Positions 50,039 through 62,158 of a DNA stretch of 64,000 nt are shown one piece after another (position 1 is the stretch's first letter; each line of letters begins with the position of its first letter). Position numbers and translations under genes: made by a program. The notes below the pieces were generated by a model, which was not told the DNA's origin, did not search any database, and saw only the letters and a list, made by a program, of their open reading frames with translations. Source of the stretch: Pocillopora damicornis (taxonomy: Eukaryota); NCBI RefSeq assembly GCF_003704095.1, contig NW_020845355.1, forward strand, positions 1 to 64,000. The letters run 5' to 3'.

Positions 50039-51667
50039 ATCTAATGAATTTGTGTTGGATTTAAAAACAGGAGGGAAAAGTTATTCCTTGTTTTTTTCTA
50101 ATTTAGTTATTTGTGAATGAAAGTGATCCTCGCAGTAATGTGCACTACTTAGGCAGTAGTGANNNNNNNNNNNNNNNNNNNNNNNNNNNNNNNNNNNNNN
50201 NNNNNNNNNNNNNNNNNNNNNNNNNNNNNNNNNNNNNNNNNNNNNNNNNNNNNNNNNNNNNNAAAAAATAGAACTTTTCTAGTTTATCTCGCCTTCGTCA
50301 AACAAACGCACTCCGCCCAAAGTAGGTTACAGTGATTTCACCAGTTCGTCACAATAGCTTAGATAACACAGTATATACGGTGCAATCTAAAGAGCACAAG
50401 CGTTACGAATAATGAAACCAATNNNNNNNNNNNNNNNNNNNNNNNNNNNNNNNNNNNNNNNNNNNNNNNNNNNNNNNNNNNNNNNNNNNNNNNNNNNNNN
50501 NNNNNNNNNNNNNNNNNNNNNNNNNNNNNNNNNNNNNNNNNNNNNNNNNNNNNNNNNNNNNNNNNNNNNNNNNNNNNNNNNNNNNNNNNNNNNNNNNNNN
50601 NNNNNNNNNNNNNNNNNNNNNNNNNNNNNNNNNNNNNNNNNNNNNNNNNNNNNNNNNNNNNNNNNNNNNNNNNNNNNNNNNNNNNNNNNNNNNNNNNNNN
50701 NNNNNNNNNNNNNNNNNNNNNNNNNNNNNNNNNNNNNNNNNNNNNNNNNNNNNNNNNNNNNNNNNNNNNNNNNNNNNNNNNNNNNNNNNNNNNNNNNNNN
50801 NNNNNNNNNNNNNNNNNNNNNNNNNNNNNNNNNNNNNNNNNNNNNNNNNNNGGTGAAGGAGCTTGCTATGGACTTAGGTAGTGAAAAAAAGGATTGTTAT
50901 TTTCCCTGCTCGCGGCCGCACTTGACAAGTAAAGCGAGTTATTTCTAATAAATCAATCGCTTTTGTCGGCTTTTCATCGAACAGAAGCTGCGTTAACGGT
51001 AACCNNNNNNNNNNCGTAGAACATGAGTGCAGAGAAAGGAATCAAAAAGAAAGTAAGAAGCGAGAAAATAATATCGTGGCCCTCGAATTCTGCATTTTTT
51101 TTGTTTCCCATGATGTCAAGTTCACCCACTTCATAACCTAGTTCAGTGCCGCCATTCGAAAGAAATTNNNNNNNNNNCATCTTAACCGACCTTTTACCGA
51201 GTTAAATTTTTTGAAATTTTTAACCAGGTTTCTATGAAAATGACCCAATGAAATTTCTTATTGCGGCCGCAGCCACCAGTTTANNNNNNNNNNNNNNNNN
51301 NNNNNNNNNNNNNNNNNNNNNNNNNNNNNNNNNNNNNNNNNNNNNNNNNNNNNNNNNNNNNNNNNNNNNNNNNNNNNNNNNNNNNNNNNNNNNNNNNNNN
51401 NNNNNNNNNNNNNNNNNNNNNNNNNNNNNNNNNNNNNNNNNNNNNNNNNNNNNNNNNNNNNNNNNNNNNNNNNNNNNNNNNNNNNNNNNNNNNNNNNNNN
51501 NNNNNNNNNNNNNNNNNNNNNNNNNNNNNNNNNNNNNNNNNNNNNNNNNNNNNNNNNNNNNNNNNNNNNNNNNNNNNNNNNNNNNNNNNNNNNNNNNNNN
51601 NNNNNNNNNNNNNNNNNNNNNNNNNNNNNNNNNNNNNNNNNNNNNNNNNNNNNNNNNNNNNNNNNNN

Positions 51668-52021
51668 CAACCTGTACATCATTGCCATAGCAGTTAGCGA
51701 TTTGCTGTGTGCAACAGTAGATATGCCGTTAGCTTCTACAACACTGATCATTGGAAAATGGGTCTTCGGCGAAGCTGTATGCCAGATTCAAGGTTTTGTT
51801 GATGTGTTCACCTTTAACGTTACCCCANNNNNNNNNNNNNNNNNNNNNNNNNNNNNNNNNNNNNNNNNNNNNNNNNNNNNNNNNNNNNNNNNNNCTTACC
51901 TTTGCACTTTATCTGATCATTGCACGATTCACAAATTGGTTACAGATTGAATTTGTCCAAAGCTACGCAGTGTGCGCTTTTGATTTCCCAACTAGTGAAA
52001 GTCTAATCGTTCATTACTGTA
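51668..52021 (+). CDS. Family A GPCR copy A10, gapped fragments (TM2-ECL2)
   Basis: NLYIIAIAVSDLL...CQIQGFVDVFTFNVTP and LTFALYLIIARFTNW; near-identical to A11; 3' flank 52562-52671 matches 54236-54378. Confidence 0.7.
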
Positions 52022-53351
52022 NNNNNNNNNNNNNNNNNNNNNNNNNNNNNNNNNNNNNNNNNNNNNNNNNNNNNNNNNNNNNNNNNNNNNNNNNNNNNNN
52101 NNNNNNNNNNNNNNNNNNNNNNNNNNNNNNNNNNNNNNNNNNNNNNNNNNNNNNNNNNNNNNNNNNNNNNNNNNNNNNNNNNNNNNNNNNNNNNNNNNNN
52201 NNNNNNNNNNNNNNNNNNNNNNNNNNNNNNNNNNNNNNNNNNNNNNNNNNNNNNNNNNNNNNNNNNNNNNNNNNNNNNNNNNNNNNNNNNNNNNNNNNNN
52301 NNNNNNNNNNNNNNNNNNNNNNNNNNNNNNNNNNNNNNNNNNNNNNNNNNNNNNNNNNNNNNNNNNNNNNNNNNNNNNNNNNNNNNNNNNNNNNNNNNNN
52401 NNNNNNNNNNNNNNNNNNNNNNNNNNNNNNNNNNNNNNNNNNNNNNNNNNNNNNNNNNNNNNNNNNNNNNNNNNNNNNNNNNNNNNNNNNNNNNNNNNNN
52501 NNNNNNNNNNNNNNNNNNNNNNNNNNNNNNNNNNNNNNNNNNNNNNNNNNNNNNNNNNNNNCAGTATATAGGAAGTTTTTCACCAAGAATCAAGTGAGAC
52601 GGCCCAGTTTATCACCAAAAAAAGAAGACCTGGAATTAACAAAATGGTCACTAGTTTATCAAACCTTTTTGNNNNNNNNNNNNNNNNNNNNNNNNNNNNN
52701 NNNNNNNNNNNNNNNNNNNNNNNNNNNNNNNNNNNNNNNNNNNNNNNNNNNNNNNNNNNNNNNNNNNNNNNNNNNNNNNNNNNNNNNNNNNNNNNNNNNN
52801 NNNNNNNNNNNNNNNNNNNNNNNNNNNNNNNNNNNNNNNNNNNNNNNNNNNNNNNNNNNNNNNNNNNNNNNNNNNNNNNNNNNNNNNNNNNNNNNNNNNN
52901 NNNNNNNNNNNNNNNNNNNNNNNNNNNNNNNNNNNNNNNNNNNNNNNNNNNNNNNNNNNNNNNNNNNNNNNNNNNNNNNNNNNNNNNNNNNNNNNNNNNN
53001 NNNNNNNNNNNNNNNNNNNNNNNNNNNNNNNNNNNNNNNNNNNNNNNNNNNNNNNNNNNNNNNNNNNNNNNNNNNNNNNNNNNNNNNNNNNNNNNNNNNN
53101 NNNNNNNNNTAATTATATAAGTCAAAATTATTATGCTGAGACGAATGACACATTCGTGACACTCTGATCAAATTGGCTGATAATTAAGGGAGTTAGTGAA
53201 GAGCTTTGTGATTGATTTATAGGGTACTTTAAGTATTATAAGACTTGCAGANNNNNNNNNNNNNNNNNNNNNNNNNNNNNNNNNNNNNNNNNNNNNNNNN
53301 NNNNNNNNNNNNNNNNNNNNNNNNNNNNNNNNNNNNNNNNNNNNNNNNNNN

Positions 53352-54048
53352 TGATGTGTTCACCTTTAACGTTACCCCAGCAACCCTTGGCTTGACGGCG
53401 TTTAATCGTTACATGAAAATTGTGAAGACAACCCATTACAATAAGATTTTTTCGACTCACAAATCTAAGATGTGGCTGATTTGCCTGTGGCTTACCTTTG
53501 CACTTTATCTCATCATTGCACGATTCACAAATTGGTTACAGATTAAATTTGTCCAAAGCTACGCAGTGTGCGCTTTTTATTTCCCAACTGGTGAAAGTCT
53601 AATCGTTCATTACTGTATCACTGTGGGACTGCTTTTTATTTTACCGTTGTTTATCGGTATTTTCAGTTATTATAAGATATATCTTAAAACCCACGAGCAT
53701 CAACAGAATGTGGTATCATCGCTACAGAACAGAAGTGAAAATGGTGTAGTGAGAAGCTCAGTGAAAGAAACAAACATTAGTCGAGTGTTATTGTTCGTGG
53801 CCGCGGGATTTTTGTGTTGCTGGATACCAATGTGGGCACTTGTTCTTTGGTTTCGTTTTTCTCCCGAAACTAGCCCAAGAATTGCAGCCATGCTAGCAAT
53901 GTTTTGCTTTTTTTTGAGTGCTTCAGTAAATCCTTTTATTTACGCTTTCACAAATGGTGAGTTCCGGAGGGAATTTCGCAAACTACTGTCTCGCTACTGT
54001 CGAAAGGCAAGAATTGCTGACAACGAAGTCAATGAAGGTGGAGAATAA
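53352..54048 (+). CDS. Family A GPCR copy A11, 3' part (TM3 to stop), 5' end lost in gap
   Basis: Open frame DVFTFNVTPATLGLTAFNRY...CCWIP...NPFIY...EGGE*. Confidence 0.85.
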
Positions 54049-54692
54049 GAAGCGAACTGTTAAGTCTTCTAGATTTTTCCAGACTAAGATCCTTTATAAA
54101 GGTCAAGAGGAATTTATTCTAATTGCTTCTTTTTTTATTCTTTTTATTGCTTGTCGTTTCAATAATTTTTGATGAATATTCTAGATTTCTTCATTTGATA
54201 TATTTTTTAATGGCCAGTACGGCATTCCAATCTTAGCAGTATATAGAAAGTTTTTCACCAAGAATCAAGTGAGACGGCCCAGTTTATCACCAAGAATCAA
54301 GTGAGACGGCCCAGTTTATCACCAAAAAAAATAGTTCTGGAATCAACAAAATGGTTACTAGTTAATCGAACCTTTTTGAAGAGGTGGTGGGACTTTCAAA
54401 TAACTTACTAGTTAGGAATTACAAGTTTTATGTCGATTGTGTCAAATAAAAGTTTGTCGACGACCTACTTAGAAAAGGCGAACTAACTATTAGAAAAAGG
54501 TAATTAGAACAAGGAAATTGAGCTGGTGAGTATTTGTGTACTGGTCTTGATCAACTGCCAAAAAGAGTAATCACTCTGATAAAATTAATTGTNNNNNNNN
54601 NNNNNNNNNNNNNNNNNNNNNNNNNNNNNNNNNNNNNNNNNNNNNNNNNNNNNNNNNNNNNNNNNNNNNNNNNNNNNNNNNNNNNNNNNNNN

Positions 54693-55617
54693 GGCAGCAA
54701 CAGAGCAATTTTCGAAATTCCTTCCGGAACACGCCATTGGTGAAAGTGTAAATAATGGGATTTACTGAAGCGCTAAGAAAAAAGATAAAAATTTTAACCA
54801 AAGCTGCAATTCTTGGGCAGGTTTCAGGGGAAAAACGAAACCAGAGGACTATTGCCCACATTGGTATCCAGGAACACAAAAATCCCACGGCCACGATGAA
54901 CAGCATTCGAGTAAGATTGATTTCTCTCACTGAGTTCTTTAATGCATCATTGTTATTTCTGTTCTGTAACGAACTGAATACATTCTGTTGATGCTCATTG
55001 ATTTTGAGAAATATCTTATAGTAACTAAAAGTACCGATGCACAACGGTACAACAAAAAACAATCCGACAGTGAGACAGTAATGAACGATTTGACTTTCAT
55101 CACTTGGATAAGAAAAGGCGCACAATGCAAAGCTTTGAACGAAATTAATTGTGATCCAATTTGTGACTCGGACAATCAGCAGGTATAGTGCAAGGAAAAG
55201 CCACAAGCAACTCAGCCATATCTTAGATCTTCGGGGTGAAAAAATCTTATTGTAGTAGTTCGTCTTCACAATTTTCACGTAACGGTTAAACGCTGTCAAA
55301 CTAAGGGTGGCTGGGGTCACGTAATAGGCGAATTCAGCAACAAAGCCTTGAATTTGGCATAACGCGTTGCCAAAGTCCCATTTTCCAACGATCAGCGTTG
55401 AAGAAGCTAACGGTATTTCGATGGTTGCAACTAACAGGTCACTGACTGCTAAGGCAACGATGTACAGGTTGGTAGTGGATCGCAGTTTAAGGTTTCTGTA
55501 AGCTGCTATACAAACCAGACTGTTTCCAATGAGGCTCGTAATGTTGAGAGCAACGCATATGCTTGCCTCAATTATAACAACAGCTAAGCTTCGACTTGGT
55601 AGCTCTAGGTTTGACAT
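54693..55617 (-). CDS. Family A GPCR copy A12 (A3-type), nearly complete, C-terminal end lost in gap
   Basis: Open from ATG 55617 through NPIIY...RKLLCC; closely similar to A3. Confidence 0.9.
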
Positions 55618-56082
55618 CTTGTCTACTTGAAAAAGCATAATGAATGAATAAGTGAATAAACAACTGATTTTCTTTCCAATACTTCAGGCTGTCTAGAAAA
55701 GCTCAATTTTTTTTACAATTACGAACTTAAAATGCAGTTTGCAATCAAGCATGCGTTTTCAGGTCGGTCCTAATGTATGTTTGAGGCGCGTCGCCTACCA
55801 ATCTTTCATACCAGTTTCGAGTCGTGCATAAAATTAAAATCAACACAAATTTTAGGCAGCCCATGTATGCTCTACAGCTAAATCTTGTTATCAATATATT
55901 ATTTGAACGCATCTCCACTGTTGCATTTAAGGGAAGAAGACAACGTATTTTGAAAATATCTTTACATTAACAAATAACAACTAAAACGTATCATATGGGT
56001 TAAACATGGCCTTCACTGAGTCCTAGCATTTTAGATGTAATTGTCACAGAATAGCATTGTATTTCAGAAGCTATATCTTTTT

Positions 56083-56885
56083 ATCACATAAACTGCGGTG
56101 TTATACAGGGATTTCCGGCCCTGAGAAAAGCCGTAACAACACACGTGAAAAAATATCGTATTTTTTCACGTGTGTTGATGTAGCCAATCAGCTGCTGACG
56201 TCACTCGCCTTTGGCACCACTCGGTCAGGTTGATGAATGAACGGCAAAGTTTTCACGATTCTCAATACAAGTTGTTTGTCGGAGCTTTCTCGAATTATGG
56301 CGGCTAAAACACTAAAAATTCCGTATCGCTGACAGACAGCGAGATTCAAACTTTCCTAGAAGGGGAAGAAAACTAATATACTAAAAGAAAAACCGAAAGT
56401 CATGTACTCAGTGGCTTTGGTGTTGGCATTTCTTTCGGCTGAGAGTGAAAATCGACAACTGGAAGATTTGCCACTAGCTGATTTTGGCCGTTTACCTGAA
56501 AAACTTCTGTCGGTAAGGACAAAGTCAATAAATGAGAATTTGGTAAATTAACAATTACGACCATTGTTGTTTTTGTAATCATGATTCAACGCATTTTTCC
56601 ATCATAAGAGTCAGCGCCAACGCACTTTACGATTGTTATTTGGGGATTGTCGATTCCTTTATTTTCATTCATTAATGAAGTCGGCTTTTCTTGTCAGTAA
56701 AGGGCTATTGTGTTTATATGATAAAAAAAAATAATACATTGTTGCTTGTAGATATGGAATTTCTCTTCTCGCGTTCAACTCGACATCTCACTCGTTCGCT
56801 GCGCTCACTTGTGAGCTATCGAGTTGAACACTGGAAGAGAAATTCCATATCTAAGCGCGCCCTTGTATTATTCCCTATTTATCAC
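56083..56885 (+). mobile_element. Non-autonomous Crypton-like element, ~800 bp
   Basis: Absent from the paralogous site at ~23530; direct repeat (TTT)ATCAC at both ends; perfect 19-bp hairpin 56137-56177; long hairpin 56749-56853; decayed peptides EIQTFLEGEEN*YTKRKT and RQLEDLPLADFG..LLSVRTK recall the N-terminus of KIAA1958/DUF3504 Crypton proteins. Confidence 0.6.
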
Positions 56886-57380
56886 TTCTTACTGGATTTT
56901 TGTTTAATCCATACAAACATTAAAAAGTATGGTGTTCCTCCTCAGTAGCGAAAATAGTTTTTAGTGAAAAGCGAATGGATAAGTAAATAATTTTCATAAC
57001 CTACCTTATCTAGAAAAAATTCTTATATGAATCCTGGGGTTCTTTATAATGTTCCGGCAAAAGTACTTAGAATCGAACGAGGAGTTTGCATTGTGAAATC
57101 AGCACTTCAATCATAAGCTGTACACGGCCGAGCTCTCAATAATCTTTCCTAATATGTTCAAAACAGAAAGAAAGATACCTTTAATTACTTTTATGGCTCA
57201 GGGTGGTCTTTTTCAGCCGCTTTGTCATTCCATGTAAAGGCTTTTTATAACTTTCCGACGATAACACTCCGAATCAAACAAGGCTTTCTTATTGCAAAAA
57301 TCGGCATTTTATGGGTTATGCAAAGCCGTTGAATAAGAAAACAGGAGATCGCGCACTGAATAATTATCTTTAGTAATATT

Positions 57381-58728
57381 TATAATAAAGTTCGGATATA
57401 ACGCGCGCTGTCATTGGTTGAAAGAGCGTGCTCTATGAGAGTATAGAGCATAGAGCTGAGCTAAAGCTGTCACCCCATCTGCCAAATTGTGCTATGTTCG
57501 ACCTTTTCCGGGACTTCTTTTTAGCTTTTTTCCGATAATTGAAAGTGAAGTTTCGGAACAAGCGAGCCGGCAAGTAGCAACAGAAGAACCAAATAAAGGT
57601 TTGTAAACATACCAGGCGCCGTAATTTACGTTATTAAAACGTGAGCAGATACGAAAATCCTCAAAGGAAAAACAAAATAGACATTCCGAGTTTTAAAGAT
57701 TAATTCACGCTCAGTTAGATTGCAAGCTTACGTACGGAAATAAAAATGAAACACAACTAATACTCATATAGTATTTAAAGTTCAGTGTTCAAAAACAAAA
57801 CAGAACAAAACAGAAATGATGAAAAATATAACCAAACTGGCATAACTGTTAAAATTCATTCTAATCATGACGGTGTCTGAGCGAATATGATCATGCTGAA
57901 GTCCATCGCGGCTCGCTCATCATGGCGATCTCCGGTCATCACAGTAAAGCAAGTCTAAGAAACTATATCGGTCGCCTTTCGAGTGAAAAAATAAGAGCTT
58001 GCTCTGATATCCTTTCCGATGCGTTGAGTGGAAAGTCACTGCAGCCGAGTTTTGCCGTATCCCGAGCGATCTTCATGTTTCGGTGAATTCGGCTGTCGTT
58101 CATTCAAAAAACACTCGCCTTGAACAGTTTGTTTCATACCTTGTCATGTGAAAAAAAACTCGCGTGTTTTTATGAGCCATAATTCGGTTGAAGTTTACTG
58201 AACATTTCGCTTCAAGATTCTGTATTAGAGACTTAAAAACTTCAGGCAAAAGTGTTAAATTCGACTTACCGAACTATTTTAGTTTGTAAACGATCGCATA
58301 AGGTGAACTTTGATGGTTTTTGAACTTTGATGATTTGACACTTTTGACAGCTTTAGTCTTGTACAGCCAATCAGATTATTTCAACCATTCTAACAGGGAT
58401 TCTGATTGGCTTATTGTAGCGTGCTTTATGAGGGTATAGAGCATGCTGACGACACTGTTCTTCGCTTTGGAAATAAAGTTTGTTTTGAAAATTGAAAGTA
58501 ATGCTCGTGGAATTTAATGGATTCTTTATTATAAAACAAATAGAGAAGCCTTGACTGTGCTCTGTTCTGTTATAAAGCACGCAGGAAGCGGCTAGAGCAC
58601 TCAAGAAGTGGGGAGAAACACGAGACGTAGTCGAGTGTTTCTCCCTACACTTCTTTCGTGCTCTAGCCGCTTCCTGCGAGCTTTATAACAGAACAGAGCA
58701 CAGTCAAGGCTTCTCTATTTGTTAAATA
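57381..58728 (+). mobile_element. ~1.35-kb non-autonomous element ending in a ~190-bp palindrome
   Basis: Absent from the paralogous site at ~21612; TA at both junctions; near-perfect inverted repeat 58535-58723; a second partial copy at 20500-21010. Confidence 0.8.
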
Positions 58729-60185
58729 CAAAATGGACGCATGATTTTCTGTTCCTTAGTTCTTGTATAAAGATTGGTAAAAAAAATAGAATGGATCCAT
58801 AAAAAATATGGATAGTGAACTAACCCGTGGCTGATAATAATTTGTCATCTGATTTAAAATAAATGATTTTATAGCCTACCTCATCTATGACAACCTTCTT
58901 ATACGGATCCTCTATCTCTTCATAATTTTCCCGGGAATAACACTTAGAATCGAACAGGGTGTTTGTATCGCAAAACCTGAATTTTATGTGATGAGCACAG
59001 CTGTTCAATAAGAAAGTTGTAGACCGAGAGCTGATTAACATCTTTTTCAAAAAAGCCTTTTTCATTACTATTATTTTTTTCTTTTCATTTACTAATGACA
59101 CGCGACAATTAAAGGATGGCTGTTGCCTGCGGCTAGGGATTTAAAAGGAGTTAATAGTTTCTCTCACTGGTTGCGTTAACAATTCCCAATAGTGTTGTTT
59201 AACTCATTCAATAAGGTAACAGATTGTTTGCATGGTTGGAATTGTTGTCTTTCAATTCTACCAGTCCTCACCTGTCACAGTGCAGAGAGTGTAGCTTTTT
59301 TAGAGTTAAAAATTAGGTTTAAAAAGCGAAAAATGGATTACTAGAGATATTATTTGTAACTAGCCTTAATTCCACAGGAAAATTTCCCCAAAACGGTATT
59401 GAAGTAGCTAACTACTTGTTCACGTGTCCCTCATACAAATTGAGGTTCTTTTCAGTGCAAAATGCCCTTTCGGCTTTCTATTGAAATACCACAATTTCTC
59501 TTCATTTCCTATATACTTTCAGAGTAGGAAAGGCCTTTCCATGCTTATGCCCATTTTTAAAGTAACCGGAAGGGCCAAGAGCGTTTGATCTATTCTTAAC
59601 TTCCTCACAGTGACGTGTGCAAGACACACAATTGCTTGACGAAAGCCTAAACTAATGCAAGACTTAAACATCTGTATGTTTGACCATGATTTCAAGAAAA
59701 AGATAATTGTTTTTATTCTGCCGAAGTATACGTCAGTTTGCCGTTTTGGAAATACTTCGTCCTCTATTGAAAGGTAACCTACTCTCTGGCCTATCGTTTC
59801 GTGTAACTTGTAGCAGGTGGCAAGTTTGTTTGAAAATCACCTTCAAAGGCGAGGTGTATTATAAAAGAAACATCTCCCTAGGTAAGGCGACACGTAATTA
59901 TATCAAAATTTCGTTGTTCTTCTTGAGTCAAACGAATGAAGTTCATCTCCTTCCATGTTTTTTCTGGCGATAATTATTTTTTTCTACATCATGACTGAAT
60001 GAATTGTCTATTATTCGGCAGAACCCTCAAACCCTTGAGAAAACTATAAATTTGCAAGGAAAACAATTAAGTTGTGAAAATTCAGCCGGTCTGACTGATA
60101 AATGCAAATTGTTATTAAACTGCGGTGTTTAATAGAAATTTCTAGCCTGAGAAAAGCGGTAACTGCATTTGGATTATGTATGAAC

Positions 60186-60216
<31 letters not shown>

Positions 60217-61450
60217 TCATGAATGACTTTTGAATATTTGGAAAAGTTTGTTTTAACCTAATAGGACGCGATAGACTGGTGTGCGGGGGGGGGGATAACC
60301 ACACAAAAAAAGATTCTACTATAAACACTCTTCCTTTCTTTTTTTGAGTCCGAGCAGGAAACTCACAATTCATTGAAGAGCGTGGCTTATTTTCACATTT
60401 TTGCCCACTACTGTCATTCAGTTTACGTTTTTGTCCGCTTTTCTTTCACGAACACGTGAAGTGAAACAGAAGTTTTCTTTACCCATATCAAGTTTGACAA
60501 TGCTGAGAACAGCCTGAGGATCTTTGAAACAAATTTTCCTTCTTAGACGAATTTTGTCCGGGTTTGACGAGACGAGCGGTTTGACGATTGTGTCATTAGG
60601 AGTCACGGATCAATTTCTGGTTTAATTTTTTTTTCCCCTTAAACAAAACAAAACAAATAGAAGAAGCAATCCTTTGATTTCTTTCATCATTCAAATCGAG
60701 CTGTAGCTTGTACATATTTCAAATGAGCTAAAGTTGATCCATTGGTTCATCTAACAGTCTTGTTGCATGCATATCACTTTTGATGTATGACTTGGTAAAA
60801 GCAATGTAATTGAATAGTGCTGTTCCAAATATCAGTATAATTTACTGACTCGTCATGNNNNNNNNNNNNNNNNNNNNNNNNNNNNNNNNNNNNNNNNNNN
60901 NNNNNNNNNNNNNNNNNNNNNNNNNNNNNNNNNNNNNNNNNNNNNNNNNNNNNNNNNACTTCTCCGGTTACATTCATTAAATCTGCAAACCAGTGTAGCA
61001 TCAAACTATGTATGATTCAAATTATTTTCTTTATAGAAGCTTCTTAAATCAACATCTGCCGACTGCATTCGTATATTTTCCTATACATAGAAATTACCTG
61101 GTTCTGTTTTCTTTTCCTATGGGAAGGAAGGTGTTGGTGGTTTTGGTTCTGTTACAGTGTATATATGATTAAAAATTTTTCTTTAAAGAGATCTGGCACA
61201 CGACTGAGGAATATACTCTACCAACGTACTGTATTCTGATATGTTTGTACTAATTCGACAATTATACCAGGAAATATCATGAACATTTCTACGAAACATT
61301 ACATAAGTTACGTTCCCTTCTACTTTTAGCGGTAGGATGTTATATCAGAAACTTTGAAAATCTACAAGACCTGTACGTTCGCTTCGCCCTCATGCTTTGC
61401 AATCTCCTTTTCATTAATTAAGGCAGCTACATTTCGTAGATATCTTGCCT

Positions 61451-62058
61451 TTTCACGGTGACAACAAAGCAGGTTCTGAAATTGCTTTCGAAATGCGCCA
61501 ATAGTAGAGGAAAGTTGTTAACAAAGCTGCAATTCTTGGACAGGTTTCAAAGGAAAATCGAAACCAGAATGTAAGTGCCCGCATTGGTATCCAGCAACAC
61601 AAAAAGCCTGCGGCCACGTACAACAGCACCCGATTAATGTTTATTTCTTTCATTGAGTTGGTTACTGAACCATTTTCAGCCCTGTTCTGTAGCGACGAGA
61701 TAACATTGTGTTCATGCTCATTGGTTTCATTTGAGAAATATCTTTAATAACTAAAATAGCGATACTTTATGGTAAAACAAGAAGCAATCCGACAGCGATA
61801 CGATAATGAACGATTTGACTCTCTCCACTTGGGTAAGTAAAGGAGCACGTTACATAACTTCGGATAAATGTTTGCCGAATTTGTGACTTGGGCAATGAAC
61901 AGGTAAATTACAAGGGAAAGCTACAAGCAACTCAACCATATCTTAGATCTGTGGGGCGAAAAAATCTTCTTGTAGTGGTTGGTCTTCACAATTTTTACAT
62001 ATCAGTTGAACGCGATTAAACCATCAGTTGCCGGGGTCACGTCAGTCGTGAGTATACC
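61451..62058 (-). pseudogene. Family A pseudogene A13 (TM3 to helix 8), 5' end lost in gap
   Basis: TPATDGLIAFN*Y (R3.50 codon is TGA), several indels in TM5/ICL3, CCWIPMRA, and the NPxxY segment is deleted. Confidence 0.85.
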
Positions 62059-62158
62059 NNNNNNNNNNNNNNNNNNNNNNNNNNNNNNNNNNNNNNNNNN
62101 NNNNNNNNNNNNNNNNNNNNNNNNNNNNNNNNNNNNNNNNNNNNNNNNNNNNNNNNNN

